Shown here piece after piece: positions 18,512-26,089 of a stretch of 47,806 bases of DNA. A program made the position numbers and the translations under genes. Source of the DNA: Mycobacteroides phage 8UZL; the sequence record OQ988004.1. The stretch is one strand, 5' to 3'. Below the pieces are notes generated by a model. That model had not been told where the DNA came from. It did not search any database and saw only the letters and a program-made list of their open reading frames with translations. The stretch's first letter is position 1. Each line of letters begins with the position of its first letter.

Positions 18512-18769
18512 ATGGCGGAGCAGAAGAAGGACGCGGAGAAGAAGCCGCGGAAGACGGTGGCAGCAGTGTCAGCGGAGCTGAACGACCTGCAGGACGTGGC
18601 GAAGACGCGCCAGACGAGGATCAGGGATCTGGAGATTCAGATCCAGAAGATCCGGGACTTGGTGAAGACGCAGCCAGCCCCGAACTCGACCCTGCAACAG
18701 GATCACTACCGGCTGAGTAACGTCGTGAAGGACATCCGCAAGCTCGTGGGGCTCCCGGTCGATGGGTAA
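18512..18769 (+). CDS. small coiled-coil protein (start MAEQKKD)
   Basis: Internal Met chosen. The upstream part of ORF 18380 overlaps the previous gene and has no RBS context. Confidence 0.35.
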   Translation: MAEQKKDAEKKPRKTVAAVSAELNDLQDVAKTRQTRIRDLEIQIQKIRDLVKTQPAPNSTLQQDHYRLSNVVKDIRKLVGLPVDG

Positions 18770-19157
18770 GAAGCAGGTCTCCAAGAAGGAGGCCAAGATC
18801 CTCGAGCTGAAGGCCCAGAAGGCTCACCTTCAGGCGGCGAACTACCACCTCCAAGGACAGCTCGAGCAGGTGGACGAATTGCTTCGGAAGGCTGAGTTCA
18901 CCGGCACCAGTGAGCGGGCCTGGCTGCAGTCGTTCCAGGCACTCGTTCTGCACCTGGCGCGGATCCGAGGTATCGGGCCTACCCCATTCCTCGACTTCTC
19001 GCCGCAGCCGCTGCCGATGTCAACGCACGATCCGCGAACGGGGCAGCCGCTCGTGAACGTCCCAGAACAGGGTCTGATTGACCGCCTCGTCGCCGAAGAC
19101 AGCGCCGCCGGTACACATACCCTGATGAGCACCGACGAGGTCTCAGATGCAACCTGA
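18762..19157 (+). CDS. hypothetical protein (131 aa)
   Basis: N-terminal coiled coil. 8-nt overlap with the upstream gene. Confidence 0.4.
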   Translation: MGKKQVSKKEAKILELKAQKAHLQAANYHLQGQLEQVDELLRKAEFTGTSERAWLQSFQALVLHLARIRGIGPTPFLDFSPQPLPMSTHDPRTGQPLVNVPEQGLIDRLVAEDSAAGTHTLMSTDEVSDAT

Positions 19158-19431
19158 GGCCCGGATAGGACAGAAGATCAGGAAGTACCTCGAGGACGAC
19201 CTCGGCGCGTTCGTCTTCAAGGTGCATGGCGGCCCGCAGATGATGGCAGGCCTTCCCGACCTGATCGCGTGTTATCGCGGTACGTTCTGGGGCATCGAGG
19301 TCAAGCAGCCAGGGCAACGTCCCACACCGAGGCAGGAGTGGGTGCACTCGATGATTAAGCGCGCCGGCGGGTCCGTCATCGTTGCCACGTGCGTCGAGGA
19401 CGTCTCGAGTGTGATCTACGATCCGGTCTAG
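19147..19431 (+). CDS. VRR-NUC domain nuclease
   Basis: PD-(D/E)XK variant motif GLPDLIACYRGTFWGIEVK. Last gene of the rightward block. Confidence 0.65.
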   Translation: MQPEARIGQKIRKYLEDDLGAFVFKVHGGPQMMAGLPDLIACYRGTFWGIEVKQPGQRPTPRQEWVHSMIKRAGGSVIVATCVEDVSSVIYDPV

Positions 19432-19446
19432 CACGTCCACCAAGAA

Positions 19447-19479
19447 GGGGCGCCCAGTTCATCCTGAGTGCCCCTTTTT
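19447..19479. terminator. intrinsic terminator hairpin at the convergence of the plus and minus blocks
   Basis: GGGGCGCCC ... GUGCCCC stem followed by TTTTT on the plus strand. It sits between the stop at 19431 (+) and the stop at 19490 (-). The U-tract on the minus strand is weak. Confidence 0.6.
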
Positions 19480-19489
19480 GGCGGGTGGG

Positions 19490-19723
19490 TTAGATCAGCG
19501 GACGGACGATGTCGAGCATCTGGACGTTACCGCGGCGGATCAGCGAAGCGACCTGCGGATGGGGGTAGTTTTCGACCTCCTTGGCAGCGGCAATCGCCTT
19601 GGTGACCTCAGCGTCATCGAAGCGGTCAACGATGGCGTGAGCGATGCGAGCAGCGTCACGGGAGAGATCGTTGCGGCGGTTGATGAGGGAGTGCTTCACG
19701 TGGGCGGGGGTGATGATGGTCAT
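19490..19723 (-). CDS. hypothetical protein (start MTIITPAH)
   Basis: Internal Met chosen because a promoter-like element lies inside the longer ORF. SD GAAAGG lies 7-12 nt upstream. Confidence 0.4.
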   Translation of the reverse strand: MTIITPAHVKHSLINRRNDLSRDAARIAHAIVDRFDDAEVTKAIAAAKEVENYPHPQVASLIRRGNVQMLDIVRPLI

Positions 19724-19753
19724 TGGTGGGCCTTTCGTCGTCGTTGTGCTTAG

Positions 19754-19783
19754 AGTGTACCACCCCCACGCCAGTGATGTCAA
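19754..19783 (-). promoter_or_regulatory. putative sigma-A-type promoter (-35 TTGACA, 18 nt spacer, -10 TACACT)
   Basis: Minus-sense TTGACAtcactggcgtgggggtggTACACTctaagca. The leader contains the TCTAAGCA and ACGACGACGAAAGG elements. Confidence 0.4.
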
Positions 19784-20193
19784 GGGTTCACGTCAAGATT
19801 CTTGAGAGCGATAAAGAAGGCCTCTCCTTCGTCGGGTTGCACGCGAGCACGCATACCGAAGTCCGAAGCGCCGAGCCAGGTGATCTCGCCGGTGATGCCC
19901 TTCGGGATCTTGCGTCCCCGCGCAACGATGACCTTCTGCCCAACGATCAGCTCGCCGGCAGCGATGCTTCGCGCCTTGGCATCCTGGTACAGCTCGATGT
20001 CCTTCTCGTCGCAGCGATGCTGCGGGAACCAGCAGGAGTACACGTGGCGCGGGTTGCCTGCCTCGGTGTAGTAGTCGCGGGTGTCGAACACCTTGCCGTC
20101 AGCGCGTCGTGCGACCTTGCGCCCGCAACGCTTGCAGTTCTGTTCCTTCGCTTCGTCGGAGTGATTGACGCCGTTGCAGAAGATGAGAGACAT
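19780..20193 (-). CDS. hypothetical protein (137 aa) with CxxC ... C ... C
   Basis: Minus-strand ORF. CKRCGRK suggests a Zn-ribbon at the N-terminus. Confidence 0.45.
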   Translation of the reverse strand: MSLIFCNGVNHSDEAKEQNCKRCGRKVARRADGKVFDTRDYYTEAGNPRHVYSCWFPQHRCDEKDIELYQDAKARSIAAGELIVGQKVIVARGRKIPKGITGEITWLGASDFGMRARVQPDEGEAFFIALKNLDVNP

Positions 20194-20381
20194 CAGATTG
20201 CCTCGATCTGAATGCTCAGGACGGACGGCATGTAGATCGTTGCGTCATCCCAACGGACCTCGACGTTGACCTTGCCCGAAGGCAGGGGCTTGTAGTAATG
20301 GACGAAGGTGCCAGTCAGGCGAGGAGCGCCGATCATGCGGACGCGGTCGTTGGCGGAGAAGGTGTTCGTCGTCATGTTCAT
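20193..20381 (-). CDS. hypothetical protein (62 aa, starts MNMTTNT)
   Basis: Leaderless context. Its N-terminus and upstream 15 nt are nearly identical to those of gene 46636-46959. Confidence 0.45.
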   Translation of the reverse strand: MNMTTNTFSANDRVRMIGAPRLTGTFVHYYKPLPSGKVNVEVRWDDATIYMPSVLSIQIEAI

Positions 20382-20387
20382 GCTTAG

Positions 20388-20416
20388 ATCTTACCAAAGA
20401 GCCCCGAGCTTTGCAA
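20388..20416 (-). promoter_or_regulatory. putative leaderless promoter (-35 TTGCAA, 17 nt spacer, -10 TAAGAT, 6 nt, ATG)
   Basis: Minus-sense TTGCAAagctcggggctctttggTAAGATctaagcATG. Confidence 0.45.
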
Positions 20417-20440
20417 CCCGGGGACTCAGAGGTTTTGGGA

Positions 20441-20830
20441 TCAGGCGTTGATCTCCTCGACACGCATGGCGCGCCCATTGACCTTGAGCTCCTTGTCAGT
20501 CATGTGTGGCACGTCCAGCTTGACTTCACGGAGGCGGGCGTTCAGGCGCTCGAGGCGGGCACGCTGTTCAGCAGCGAAGGCAGCCTTCTTGCTCGGATCA
20601 TTGAGCCACTGCAGCGGCAAGCCCTTCGAGCCCTCGCCCAGCCCGTCGCCGTCGTCCTTCGCGTTCGGCTTCGCGAGTGCCTCCCAGTAGGCATCCTTCA
20701 TCGCCATAACTTCGTCGTGCGAGAAGTCGTAGCGGGAGCCCGATCCCACACCCGACTTCGACTTGCGGAGGAAGGTGCGCAGAGCCTTGGGCTTGATCCC
20801 GATAACGCGAGCGGCTTCGGTGGTGTTCAT
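20441..20830 (-). CDS. helix-turn-helix DNA-binding protein
   Basis: N-terminal MNTTEAARVIGIKPKALRTFLRKS is a classic HTH. It shares an RYDFS motif with gene 20973-21353. Confidence 0.55.
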   Translation of the reverse strand: MNTTEAARVIGIKPKALRTFLRKSKSGVGSGSRYDFSHDEVMAMKDAYWEALAKPNAKDDGDGLGEGSKGLPLQWLNDPSKKAAFAAEQRARLERLNARLREVKLDVPHMTDKELKVNGRAMRVEEINA

Positions 20831-20871
20831 GTCGTCGTCCTTTCGAGAGGGTTTCGTCGTCGTGCAAGTAC

Positions 20872-20913
20872 AGTCTAAGAGACGGTCGTCGTCGTGTCAA
20901 CCGGGCGTGTCAA
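20872..20913 (-). promoter_or_regulatory. putative promoter with tandem -35 TTGACA boxes and -10 TAGACT
   Basis: Minus-sense TTGACAcgcccggTTGACAcgacgacgaccgtctcTTAGACT. 17-nt spacing from the proximal -35. The leader carries ACGACGACGAAA and an SD GAAAGGA. Confidence 0.45.
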
Positions 20914-20927
20914 GCTCAAGAAGCTAC

Positions 20928-20957
20928 AAAAAAAGGGCCCTCCCGGAGGAGGGCACC
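20928..20957 (-). terminator. intrinsic terminator for minus-strand transcription
   Basis: Minus-sense GGUGCCCUCC-UCCG-GGAGGGCCC followed by a U7 run, 15 nt after the stop of gene 20973-21353. Confidence 0.65.
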
Positions 20958-20972
20958 TTCTTTCGCACCGGA

Positions 20973-21353
20973 TCAGTCGAGGTCCAGGTCTTCGACCTCT
21001 TCCTCCACCTCTTCGATGGTTTCGACCTCGGCCTTCGCAGCCTTCGGCTTGCGGCCCCGCTTGGTGGGGGTCTTGGCCTCGGCCTTCAGCGCGGCGATGA
21101 CAGCCTTCACGATGGGATCACGCGGACCCGAGAAGTCGTAGCGACCTCCCTCGCGGGCCTCGATCTCACCATCGGCGACGAGCTTCCGCAGCACGGCGCG
21201 GATCCGAGTCGACTCGTGAGTCGTTCCCAGCGTCTCGTTGACGTGATCGCGCAGCCATGCGGAGCCCTTGACCTCGGCGGCCGGCTTCTCAGCCGCTTCC
21301 TTGGGAGCAGCCTTCTTGGCGGGGGCCTTGCGGGTACGGGTGGCAGTAGCCAT
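20973..21353 (-). CDS. basic histone-like / AT-hook DNA-binding protein with an acidic tail
   Basis: N-terminal TRKAPAKKAAPKEAAEKPAA (H1/HupB-like PAKK repeats), KRGRKPK AT-hook-like, C-terminal EEVEEEVEDLDLD. Confidence 0.5.
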   Translation of the reverse strand: MATATRTRKAPAKKAAPKEAAEKPAAEVKGSAWLRDHVNETLGTTHESTRIRAVLRKLVADGEIEAREGGRYDFSGPRDPIVKAVIAALKAEAKTPTKRGRKPKAAKAEVETIEEVEEEVEDLDLD

Positions 21354-21466
21354 GATGTAGAACCTTTCTGGCGGGGTGTAGGTAACAGGGGAAGTCCTGG
21401 TTGCCTTGCCCAGTCAGTGTATCACAGGTCTACGTTCACCCCTGAGCGCCTGGGGAGATCCGCAGG

Positions 21467-22687
21467 TCAGCGCCGGAAAGCCGCCATGATGTCACAACCA
21501 ACCTGGATGCCGGTTCGCCCGCCGAACTCGGGCTTGGGCAGGTGGTACTCTCCATGTGTCTGCACGCCCGAGATCTGAGTGAGCAAGCGGATCAGCTGAG
21601 GCAGGTTGGTGAGCACACCTTGGATGGACAGCAGCTCGATGAGCTTTGGGTTGGGCTTCTTGTTTGTGCCGGCAACACCACTGATGAGCGATCCGATCAG
21701 CGACATAGGCAGCCCTGTGGCTCCTGCTAACACGCCAGCAGCCAGCGGGTTGGTGATACCGCCCAGGCCCGACAGAAAAGGCGCCACAAGGTTCAGCAGC
21801 GCCGGGATGATGATCTGCGCGGTGTAGATGACGAAGGGAAGCTCTGTCTCAGCTTCCACGAACCACTCATAGAACAGTGGACGGATCTCGTCGTCACAGG
21901 CAGCGTAGAAGTCAGGAGCACCGGGACTCGTCGCCACGATGTCCGTCACAAGCTCTCGAAGCCACACAGGACGTGTTTTGCGAGCGATGCCCCAACCGGG
22001 CGCAGGACCGCTGTTCTTCTGACGTGAAGGATTGCCGAACTGGATGAGCCCGTTGATCCGCTCGCGGATGTCTCGGTACTTGCCCGCCTCGTCACCAAAC
22101 AGTCGTTGGACCGCGTCCTCCATCCCGTCCGCTGACTGGGAGTAGCCTGAGAACCACAGCTCCAGGTCCGGGTCGTTGATGTCTGGGTTATGGTCGAGGC
22201 AGTACTCGAGCGACAACCCCTGATCCCAGATAACGTCCTGATACGAGAACGCCGGATCCCCGCCGAGCAGGCCAAGGTATCCGCCCTTCTGGAAGTACAG
22301 CGGCTGGTGATTGATCTTCAGCACGTTCTTGGCGAACTCACCCACCTCGAACGACGGGCCTACCCACCAGTCAGCTCCTGATCCCGGTGCGGTGTAAATC
22401 CAGATCTTCCGTCGCTCGACGACGACACCGCCCGCCCATGGGCCCTTGTTGTATCCCACACGGGAGGCTGTCGCGTCATCGAACCGACCGGTGACGGGCA
22501 GACCCAGGCGACTCTGCATGATCTTGACGGCAGCTTCATCGGGAGCGCCATAGTACCCATCGACTGGGGGCGCATACGACGAGGCATAGCGGTTGAACCA
22601 CTCCTGCCACTGGGTTACATCAGATCCGGAGGATCCGACTTTGAACTCTGGCATTCTTTCTTCCTGTCCCTGCGTTGGTGCTGCCAT
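21467..22687 (-). CDS. lysin B (mycolylarabinogalactan esterase) with N-terminal peptidoglycan-binding domain and a C-terminal hydrophobic extension
   Basis: PG_binding_1-like segment VTQWQEWFNRY ... LGLPVTGRFDDATASRV. Serine esterase pentapeptide GYSQS. The last ~110 aa are hydrophobic or amphipathic. Confidence 0.7.
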   Translation of the reverse strand: MAAPTQGQEERMPEFKVGSSGSDVTQWQEWFNRYASSYAPPVDGYYGAPDEAAVKIMQSRLGLPVTGRFDDATASRVGYNKGPWAGGVVVERRKIWIYTAPGSGADWWVGPSFEVGEFAKNVLKINHQPLYFQKGGYLGLLGGDPAFSYQDVIWDQGLSLEYCLDHNPDINDPDLELWFSGYSQSADGMEDAVQRLFGDEAGKYRDIRERINGLIQFGNPSRQKNSGPAPGWGIARKTRPVWLRELVTDIVATSPGAPDFYAACDDEIRPLFYEWFVEAETELPFVIYTAQIIIPALLNLVAPFLSGLGGITNPLAAGVLAGATGLPMSLIGSLISGVAGTNKKPNPKLIELLSIQGVLTNLPQLIRLLTQISGVQTHGEYHLPKPEFGGRTGIQVGCDIMAAFRR

Positions 22688-23076
22688 AGCGAGAGGAGCA
22701 TGCCGAGCATACCCAACACGCCACCCGAGTAGATGACAAACCGCACATACTCACGTCCCGGGTAATCAGACTGGGTCCATACCGAGAAGCAGGCCTGGAT
22801 CAGCGTAAGCGTGAGTAGTACCGAAAAGAGTGCGAAGATCTGGCCAATCTTGTTGGCCCTCCAGTTTGCCCACCCGATATACCTGATGGTAAAGCAAGTA
22901 GACAAGAAGGCAAGGTAAATCAGACTGAGGTTCGCGCCGAGCTTATAGTCTTCGTTGTCCATCCAGGGATCTGCCGCGAGGGTACCGACAATTCCCAGTA
23001 CGCCCACTAGATAAACCCAACGCATCAGTGAACCTCTCCTCGGCCGTGGAAGGCCTCGCTGAACAACTCCGACCAA
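22615..23076 (-). CDS. membrane protein (about 4 TM segments)
   Basis: Hydrophobic helices (LVGVLGIVGTLAA, LSLIYLAFLSTCF, LFSVLLTLTLIQACF, VLGMLGMLLSLW). Located inside the lysis cassette. Confidence 0.5.
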   Translation of the reverse strand: MVGVVQRGLPRPRRGSLMRWVYLVGVLGIVGTLAADPWMDNEDYKLGANLSLIYLAFLSTCFTIRYIGWANWRANKIGQIFALFSVLLTLTLIQACFSVWTQSDYPGREYVRFVIYSGGVLGMLGMLLSLWQHQRRDRKKECQSSKSDPPDLM

Positions 23077-23228
23077 CTGTTCTTGTTGATCTCAGCGAGC
23101 TTGGCACTTGAGGCTTCACGGGATCGAGCAAGAAGCTGATTTACCGACTTGCGCCGTTCGTCAGCTTCCCGCTCAGCTGCTTCTGCCCGCTCCACCTGTC
23201 GCTTCCCCCAGTTCCACGGCCACATCAC
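23025..23228 (-). CDS. hypothetical protein (67 aa)
   Basis: Small ORF that overlaps the neighbouring gene by ~50 nt. Weak. Confidence 0.3.
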   Translation of the reverse strand: MMWPWNWGKRQVERAEAAEREADERRKSVNQLLARSREASSAKLAEINKNSWSELFSEAFHGRGEVH

Positions 23229-23509
23229 GTCGCCCCCTCTTTAGACGACGTCCACAGATCCCGGATAGCAGTGAGAATCCGTGTGGTCGCTTGGTCCTCT
23301 GCCACCTTTTCGGTGATAGTTCGGCTCAGGACGTCGATAGTTTCAGCATCTTTCTGGGCTCGCGCATCCAGTCGCTCAACTGTCTCTCGATGATACCGAC
23401 CGATCACCAGCCACCCTCGAACAAGGGCGACGACGAAGAACACACAAGCAAGCACCGAGAGGCCGACAGGGCCGATGTTATTCCAGAAGTCTGCTGACCA
23501 CCATGTCAC
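23225..23509 (-). CDS. membrane protein (1 N-terminal TM)
   Basis: N-terminal LSVLACVFFVVALVRGWLVIG TM helix, then a charged helical domain. Holin-associated position. Confidence 0.4.
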   Translation of the reverse strand: MTWWSADFWNNIGPVGLSVLACVFFVVALVRGWLVIGRYHRETVERLDARAQKDAETIDVLSRTITEKVAEDQATTRILTAIRDLWTSSKEGAT

Positions 23510-23724
23510 TCCTCCCCGCCCTTCTGCCTCATCTGGCTACCCAGATTGGCGGCAGCAGTTGCATTGCCCACCATCCCGATGGCTCCCAGCAGTGTCAGCC
23601 AGTACGGGACTGCCTCGGCCTCAACGATGCCGTAGTACACGAGCAGACCCATGACGGCCACACAGACCGAGTAGAAGTAGAGACGGAACTTGTCACTTTT
23701 GACAAACTCCCAGAACTTGGTCAC
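23506..23724 (-). CDS. holin-like protein (2 TM)
   Basis: 72 aa with two hydrophobic helices and a charged C-terminus. Immediately downstream of lysin A. Confidence 0.5.
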   Translation of the reverse strand: MTKFWEFVKSDKFRLYFYSVCVAVMGLLVYYGIVEAEAVPYWLTLLGAIGMVGNATAAANLGSQMRQKGGEE

Positions 23725-24668
23725 GCTTCCTCCTTGGCGATAAGTGACGCTACCCCATCAACGAGGTAGCGATTCTTTCCTTCGGGAGTCTGGCCGAGCT
23801 GTGGCCAGCCTTCTGCCTTCGGGCCGAAGTGCTGCTCCCAAACCTGCTTGACCATCTCGTCGGTCGACGGATAGACGAACGAGGGGACAACAGGAGGAGG
23901 CGGTGAGGTCGGCTCAGTCGCCCCATCGAGGATGATTCCGTACGTCGCCAAGCGCTGCTTCGTCTCGGGCCCGACGATACCGTCCACACCGATCAGCGAA
24001 CGCCGTTGGAACTCCTTGACCGCCGACTCAGTGAAGGCACCGAAGATGCCGTCTTCGTCGAGAGGCATGGCCTTGTAGTTCCGGAAGACCTTGTTCATCC
24101 CGGCCTGGAGCTTGCGCACCTGATCGCCCTCGGAGCCGAGCTGCAAGTAGCCCTCAGGGATCACGACAGGCGGCGGCGCAGTGCCATCCGCGTAGATACC
24201 CCAGAGGCCGTTGCGCAAGTCCGTAGCGAGCTGCTCAGTGCCGGCATGGCCCTCCGCGAAGTGGAGCTCAAAGTGCATCTCGTCACGCGGTGAGGTCCAG
24301 TCGCCGCCGAACTCGACAATGCCCCGGAAGTCCTTGATGACCTGATCCACTGCGGGGCGCTTGCTACCCCACGTTCCCCACTTCTGGTAGGGATGAAGGT
24401 TCCAGTTGTAGTCGATGGCAGTAGCAGAGTTGTGATTGCTGTTCGCCATCGAGTTCGACGAGGTGTAGCAGCCGATCTGTGTGGTAATCATCGGTTCGAT
24501 CCGATGCAGGCGCCAGATGAGCGCCTTGAGGATCACCGACGGGGCACCCTTGCGAACACCGAGCTTGAAGTCTGTTCCGGGGATCGCTGAGTAATCCAGC
24601 TCGGCGGTGTCGCACATTCGCCAACCATTCTCAGAGATCCAATACCCCTGCTTCTGAATAAAGGCCAT
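23721..24668 (-). CDS. lysin A (endolysin): M15/VanY-like peptidase domain plus peptidoglycan-binding domain
   Basis: SNHNSATAID matches the SxHxxGxAxD zinc-peptidase motif, followed by DEMHFELH. Central PG-binding-like repeat LQLGSEGDQVRKLQAGMNKV ... DGIFGAFTESAVKEFQ. Confidence 0.8.
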   Translation of the reverse strand: MAFIQKQGYWISENGWRMCDTAELDYSAIPGTDFKLGVRKGAPSVILKALIWRLHRIEPMITTQIGCYTSSNSMANSNHNSATAIDYNWNLHPYQKWGTWGSKRPAVDQVIKDFRGIVEFGGDWTSPRDEMHFELHFAEGHAGTEQLATDLRNGLWGIYADGTAPPPVVIPEGYLQLGSEGDQVRKLQAGMNKVFRNYKAMPLDEDGIFGAFTESAVKEFQRRSLIGVDGIVGPETKQRLATYGIILDGATEPTSPPPPVVPSFVYPSTDEMVKQVWEQHFGPKAEGWPQLGQTPEGKNRYLVDGVASLIAKEEA

Positions 24669-24682
24669 TCTGGCTGTCCTTC

Positions 24683-25045
24683 CTATTCCCCCCGATACTT
24701 GAACTGCGGTGTCACGTCCACCTTGAACTCCTGGGACCCGTCGTTGACGGTGAGCGACACCGGCAGCGCTTCGGTACGCAACAGCGTTGACCCGTTGAAG
24801 ATCCCGTAGCGATTGATGACAGCCCCATTGCTGACCGTTCCGCCCGGCACTGTAATGGTCACTGTGGAGCCGGTAGAGACAGCCTTGTCAACTCCCCCTT
24901 CCGTGACCTTCGCAGCACCACCCCACGTGGTATCGGCATACACCGTTCCCACCCGGGTAGTGTCCATGTAGAGCCCGATCCGATTGCCGAGCGCCACGAT
25001 GGCATTGGCGCAGGCATTCCGGTGAGCATCTTGATAAACTGCCAT
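24683..25045 (-). CDS. minor tail protein (120 aa)
   Basis: Position at the distal end of the tail module. Beta-rich composition. Confidence 0.45.
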   Translation of the reverse strand: MAVYQDAHRNACANAIVALGNRIGLYMDTTRVGTVYADTTWGGAAKVTEGGVDKAVSTGSTVTITVPGGTVSNGAVINRYGIFNGSTLLRTEALPVSLTVNDGSQEFKVDVTPQFKYRGE

Positions 25046-25054
25046 TTACCTCTC

Positions 25055-26080
25055 CTATTGACTCGCCCGGATCCATGCTTGACCTCGAGCACCTGCACCA
25101 CCTGCTGCTAGCGTCACAGTCGCTGCTGCACCGCCACCACCAGGAATTTTGCCGGCAGCACCGGCTGAACCTTGCTGAGCGCCACCGTTGTAAGACTGTC
25201 CCTGGAAAGTGATGTTCCCAGGAGACTTACCAGCAGTATCCAAGTTACTTTGGGTACCACCAGCACCGCCGGCCCCAGTCAGTGTGCCCCACCCGGAAAT
25301 GGTGATAGTCGTTGCACCGCCGGCAGATCCACCGCCGCCACCAGTACCGCCGTTACCTCCATTGCCAATGACGATGGTAATGGTGATCGCAGTCCATGGA
25401 ATATCGACGCCTCGCTCGAGACGAACGTAGTTCCACGAACCGGCAAAGCCACCCTGTCCCCAAACACCGAACAGCGGCATGCCCTTACCGCCACCGCCGC
25501 CACCGAGAACGATGAGGTCAATATAGCGGCACTGCACGGGAATGGCGTAGGTACCAGACGCAGTGATGACTGTAGTAGTCGCAGTCATCGGCGAAAAGCC
25601 GCCCGTTGCTACGTCCTGTCCCACACCCGAGTCAGCGACATTCGCCTTCGCGGTGAAGCCAGCTAGATCAGTACCGACCGCCGAGTCGAAGATCCCGTAG
25701 GAGGGCTTGAACGAACTCAACAGGTCTGTACCGATACCGCTGTCAGCAATCCTCAGGCTAAGACTCAACAAGTCATCAGCACCGACGCCAGAGTCTGCTG
25801 CAAGCAGACCCAGACGCGCTAGATCTTCACCCACGCCCGTGTCACTTGTACTGATCAGGTGATGCGCAAGCGCGAGGTCCGACCCGAGGCCTGCATCCGA
25901 CCCGAGTAGCATAGGAACCATTGAAGCTACATCTTCGCCGATACCTTCATCTCTGAGCTTCCTCGAGATACGAACTTCCCACTCAGTCAAGACATTTGAC
26001 GGAAGAACCGGCGGACGCGAGGTCGACCACTCTGGCTTGATGATGGGATCAGTTGGTGTAGTAGTCCACCCCTGCTCCAT
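25055..26080 (-). CDS. glycine-rich minor tail protein
   Basis: Gly-rich repeats (GGGGGKG, GNGGNGGTGGGGGSAGG, GAGGAGG). Typical of actinophage tail fibres. Confidence 0.65.
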   Translation of the reverse strand: MEQGWTTTPTDPIIKPEWSTSRPPVLPSNVLTEWEVRISRKLRDEGIGEDVASMVPMLLGSDAGLGSDLALAHHLISTSDTGVGEDLARLGLLAADSGVGADDLLSLSLRIADSGIGTDLLSSFKPSYGIFDSAVGTDLAGFTAKANVADSGVGQDVATGGFSPMTATTTVITASGTYAIPVQCRYIDLIVLGGGGGGKGMPLFGVWGQGGFAGSWNYVRLERGVDIPWTAITITIVIGNGGNGGTGGGGGSAGGATTITISGWGTLTGAGGAGGTQSNLDTAGKSPGNITFQGQSYNGGAQQGSAGAAGKIPGGGGAAATVTLAAGGAGARGQAWIRASQ

Positions 26081-26089
26081 CCTGGTCTC

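Noticed and set aside
20763-21578. Plus-strand ORF of 271 aa across the 20830-21467 regulatory and gene region
   Set aside because: It crosses two terminator and promoter elements and the lysin B 3-prime end. Its composition is low-complexity. The minus-strand genes have promoters, SDs and terminators.
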